Positions 62,414 through 64,000 of a DNA stretch of 64,000 nucleotides are shown one piece after another. Below the pieces are notes generated by a model that was given only the letters and a program-made list of their open reading frames with translations, searched no databases and was not told where the DNA came from. Origin of the DNA: Blastocystis sp. Blastoise (lineage: Eukaryota > Protista > Bigyra: Opalinata). The stretch is from NCBI GenBank assembly GCA_039096225.1, contig JBBPEB010000022.1, forward strand, positions 41,681 to 105,680, written 5' to 3'. Every line of letters starts with the position of its first letter. The stretch's first letter is position 1. The translations under genes were made by a program, and so were the position numbers.

Positions 62414-64000
62414 ACATACCTAATAGAAAAAAATGAATTTGGTGATGTTGAGTCATAGGGAAAGATAACCAACAGAAACAGTAGAAAACAACCTAAATAA
62501 ATAAATAATAATAAATAAAAATATAAAAATAATGAAAATAAATAATAAAATGAATTAGAATTCTAATTCAAGAAAAAAAAAAAGAAAGTTAATAATAGAT
62601 AGAATGAATATACGATAAGTATTCTATCATATAATACTTACAGAAATATAAAAAATAAAAAGATAAGAGATAATTATAAAAATAAATAAATACATATATA
62701 CTTTGAAAATAGTTTGACATCATAGACGTTGTTGACATGGACTGAAGAGGACTCTTATAACCATGGACGAGCAGGAACCTATACATGCTAGAGAATGGGA
62801 GAATGTTAATATGGGTAAAGAATAAAAAATAGTAATATACATACAAGAGAATAGTCTGAAGTTAAAATGAACTTCTATTTTTAAAAATAAAAGCAAATAA
62901 AAATAGAATAAAAATAAAAAAAATAAGTAACAAATGAAAATATTTTCTAAGTCAATAGGCTCAATAGCGTATGGGTGTCTTCAGGTCTTAAAAGAAAAAT
63001 CATTTTTGCGGGAATATCAAGAAACTCAAAAAAAGTATATTTTCCCTCCTTTTTTCGCTGTCACTTTTTTTTAATATTTTTGACTTTTTAGTATTAAAAT
63101 CGATTCTTACAGGCATGTATAGACACTTTATACCACTTTTGAAACTAAAAATCAAATATTTAAAAATGAGTGAAAATCTTAACTAGCAAGAAAAACAATT
63201 TTGTAAGCTGAGTATGTTGTGTATAAATATGTCTAACAACAGAGATGATAAAAACGCACAACTCCTCTTGGTTTAGGACATAATTATGAATTCTCTTAAA
63301 AAAGCTATTTTAAACCTTAAAACGATACCCTGAACTATAAATCAAGTCCTGAATGATATTCTAAAGTCATATTTTTAAAAACAGGTTTATTGACGATAAT
63401 CAATAAACAAAAACAAGAGCTTCTGTTTTACTTTTCTTTTTTGAATTTTTAATTGTTTTGACTTTCTAGGGTAGTTGGCTAAAAGAAATGTTGTCGTCTT
63501 TAGGCTAAAAAATGATGAATAAAAAAGTCAAGTCATTTTATTGTTTTTTCCTTGGGAAATCAAAAAGAAGAAATTTTTAGGTGTGTGTTGATTTAGGCTG
63601 TATAATGGTTTTTATTGTAAAAGGACTTGACGAGAATGATTGAAATGATAATACATCACTCAGAGAACACACAAATTTTAAAAATTTCTCACTCATGTAA
63701 TCCATTCCTGAATTATAGACTTCAGAGAAAAAATTAAAGTCTTTTTGGTTTTAAACAGTCATTTTAAATCATAAAACACTGTAAAATAGTCAATATTTAG
63801 AATGTCTATGATTATATAAATAAACAATATATTTTGTAGAGTTATTTTTAAGTTTTTCTCGTCAAAAAGAGAGAAACTTGACAAGTTGGCGGACACTCTT
63901 TTCTCGAGTTTAGGCCAACGTATTTTTGATTAAAAAATCCCAGTCATTTTGTTGTTTCTCTTACGGGAAATAGGGTCAAAAAAACACAAAATGTCCATAG

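Overview
Very AT-rich, intron-rich eukaryotic (protist) DNA. TGTTTGTT-like motifs after some genes, a U12-type intron and the gene set suggest a Blastocystis-like stramenopile, but this is inference only. The core (~5.3-54.8 kb) is a compact block of spliced housekeeping genes: RPT3, tRNA-Leu(TAA), CAF-1 p150, OCRL-type 5-phosphatase, an A1 aspartic protease, SRP72, an MFS transporter with an AT-AC intron, a two-pore channel, an ALKBH8-like gene, CysRS, a degenerate kinase, an H2A.X/H2B pair and two orphan genes. Both flanks are accessory DNA. The right flank (55054 to the window end) looks like a ~9 kb non-autonomous CACTA-type element, and the left flank has a Helitron-like 3' end at 4558. 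The main finding is three covarying copies of a 67-68 nt linker-less tRNA-like cloverleaf (200-266, 4275-4342, 58151-58218, all minus strand). Two of them end transcription units with the same layout: three short spliced exons, a long U/C-rich terminal exon, then the cloverleaf. This resembles MALAT1/mascRNA or t-element 3'-end processing, here apparently inside mobile DNA. Modular micro-exon genes lie nearby. All gene models were spliced by eye, so exon boundaries and some termini are approximate.
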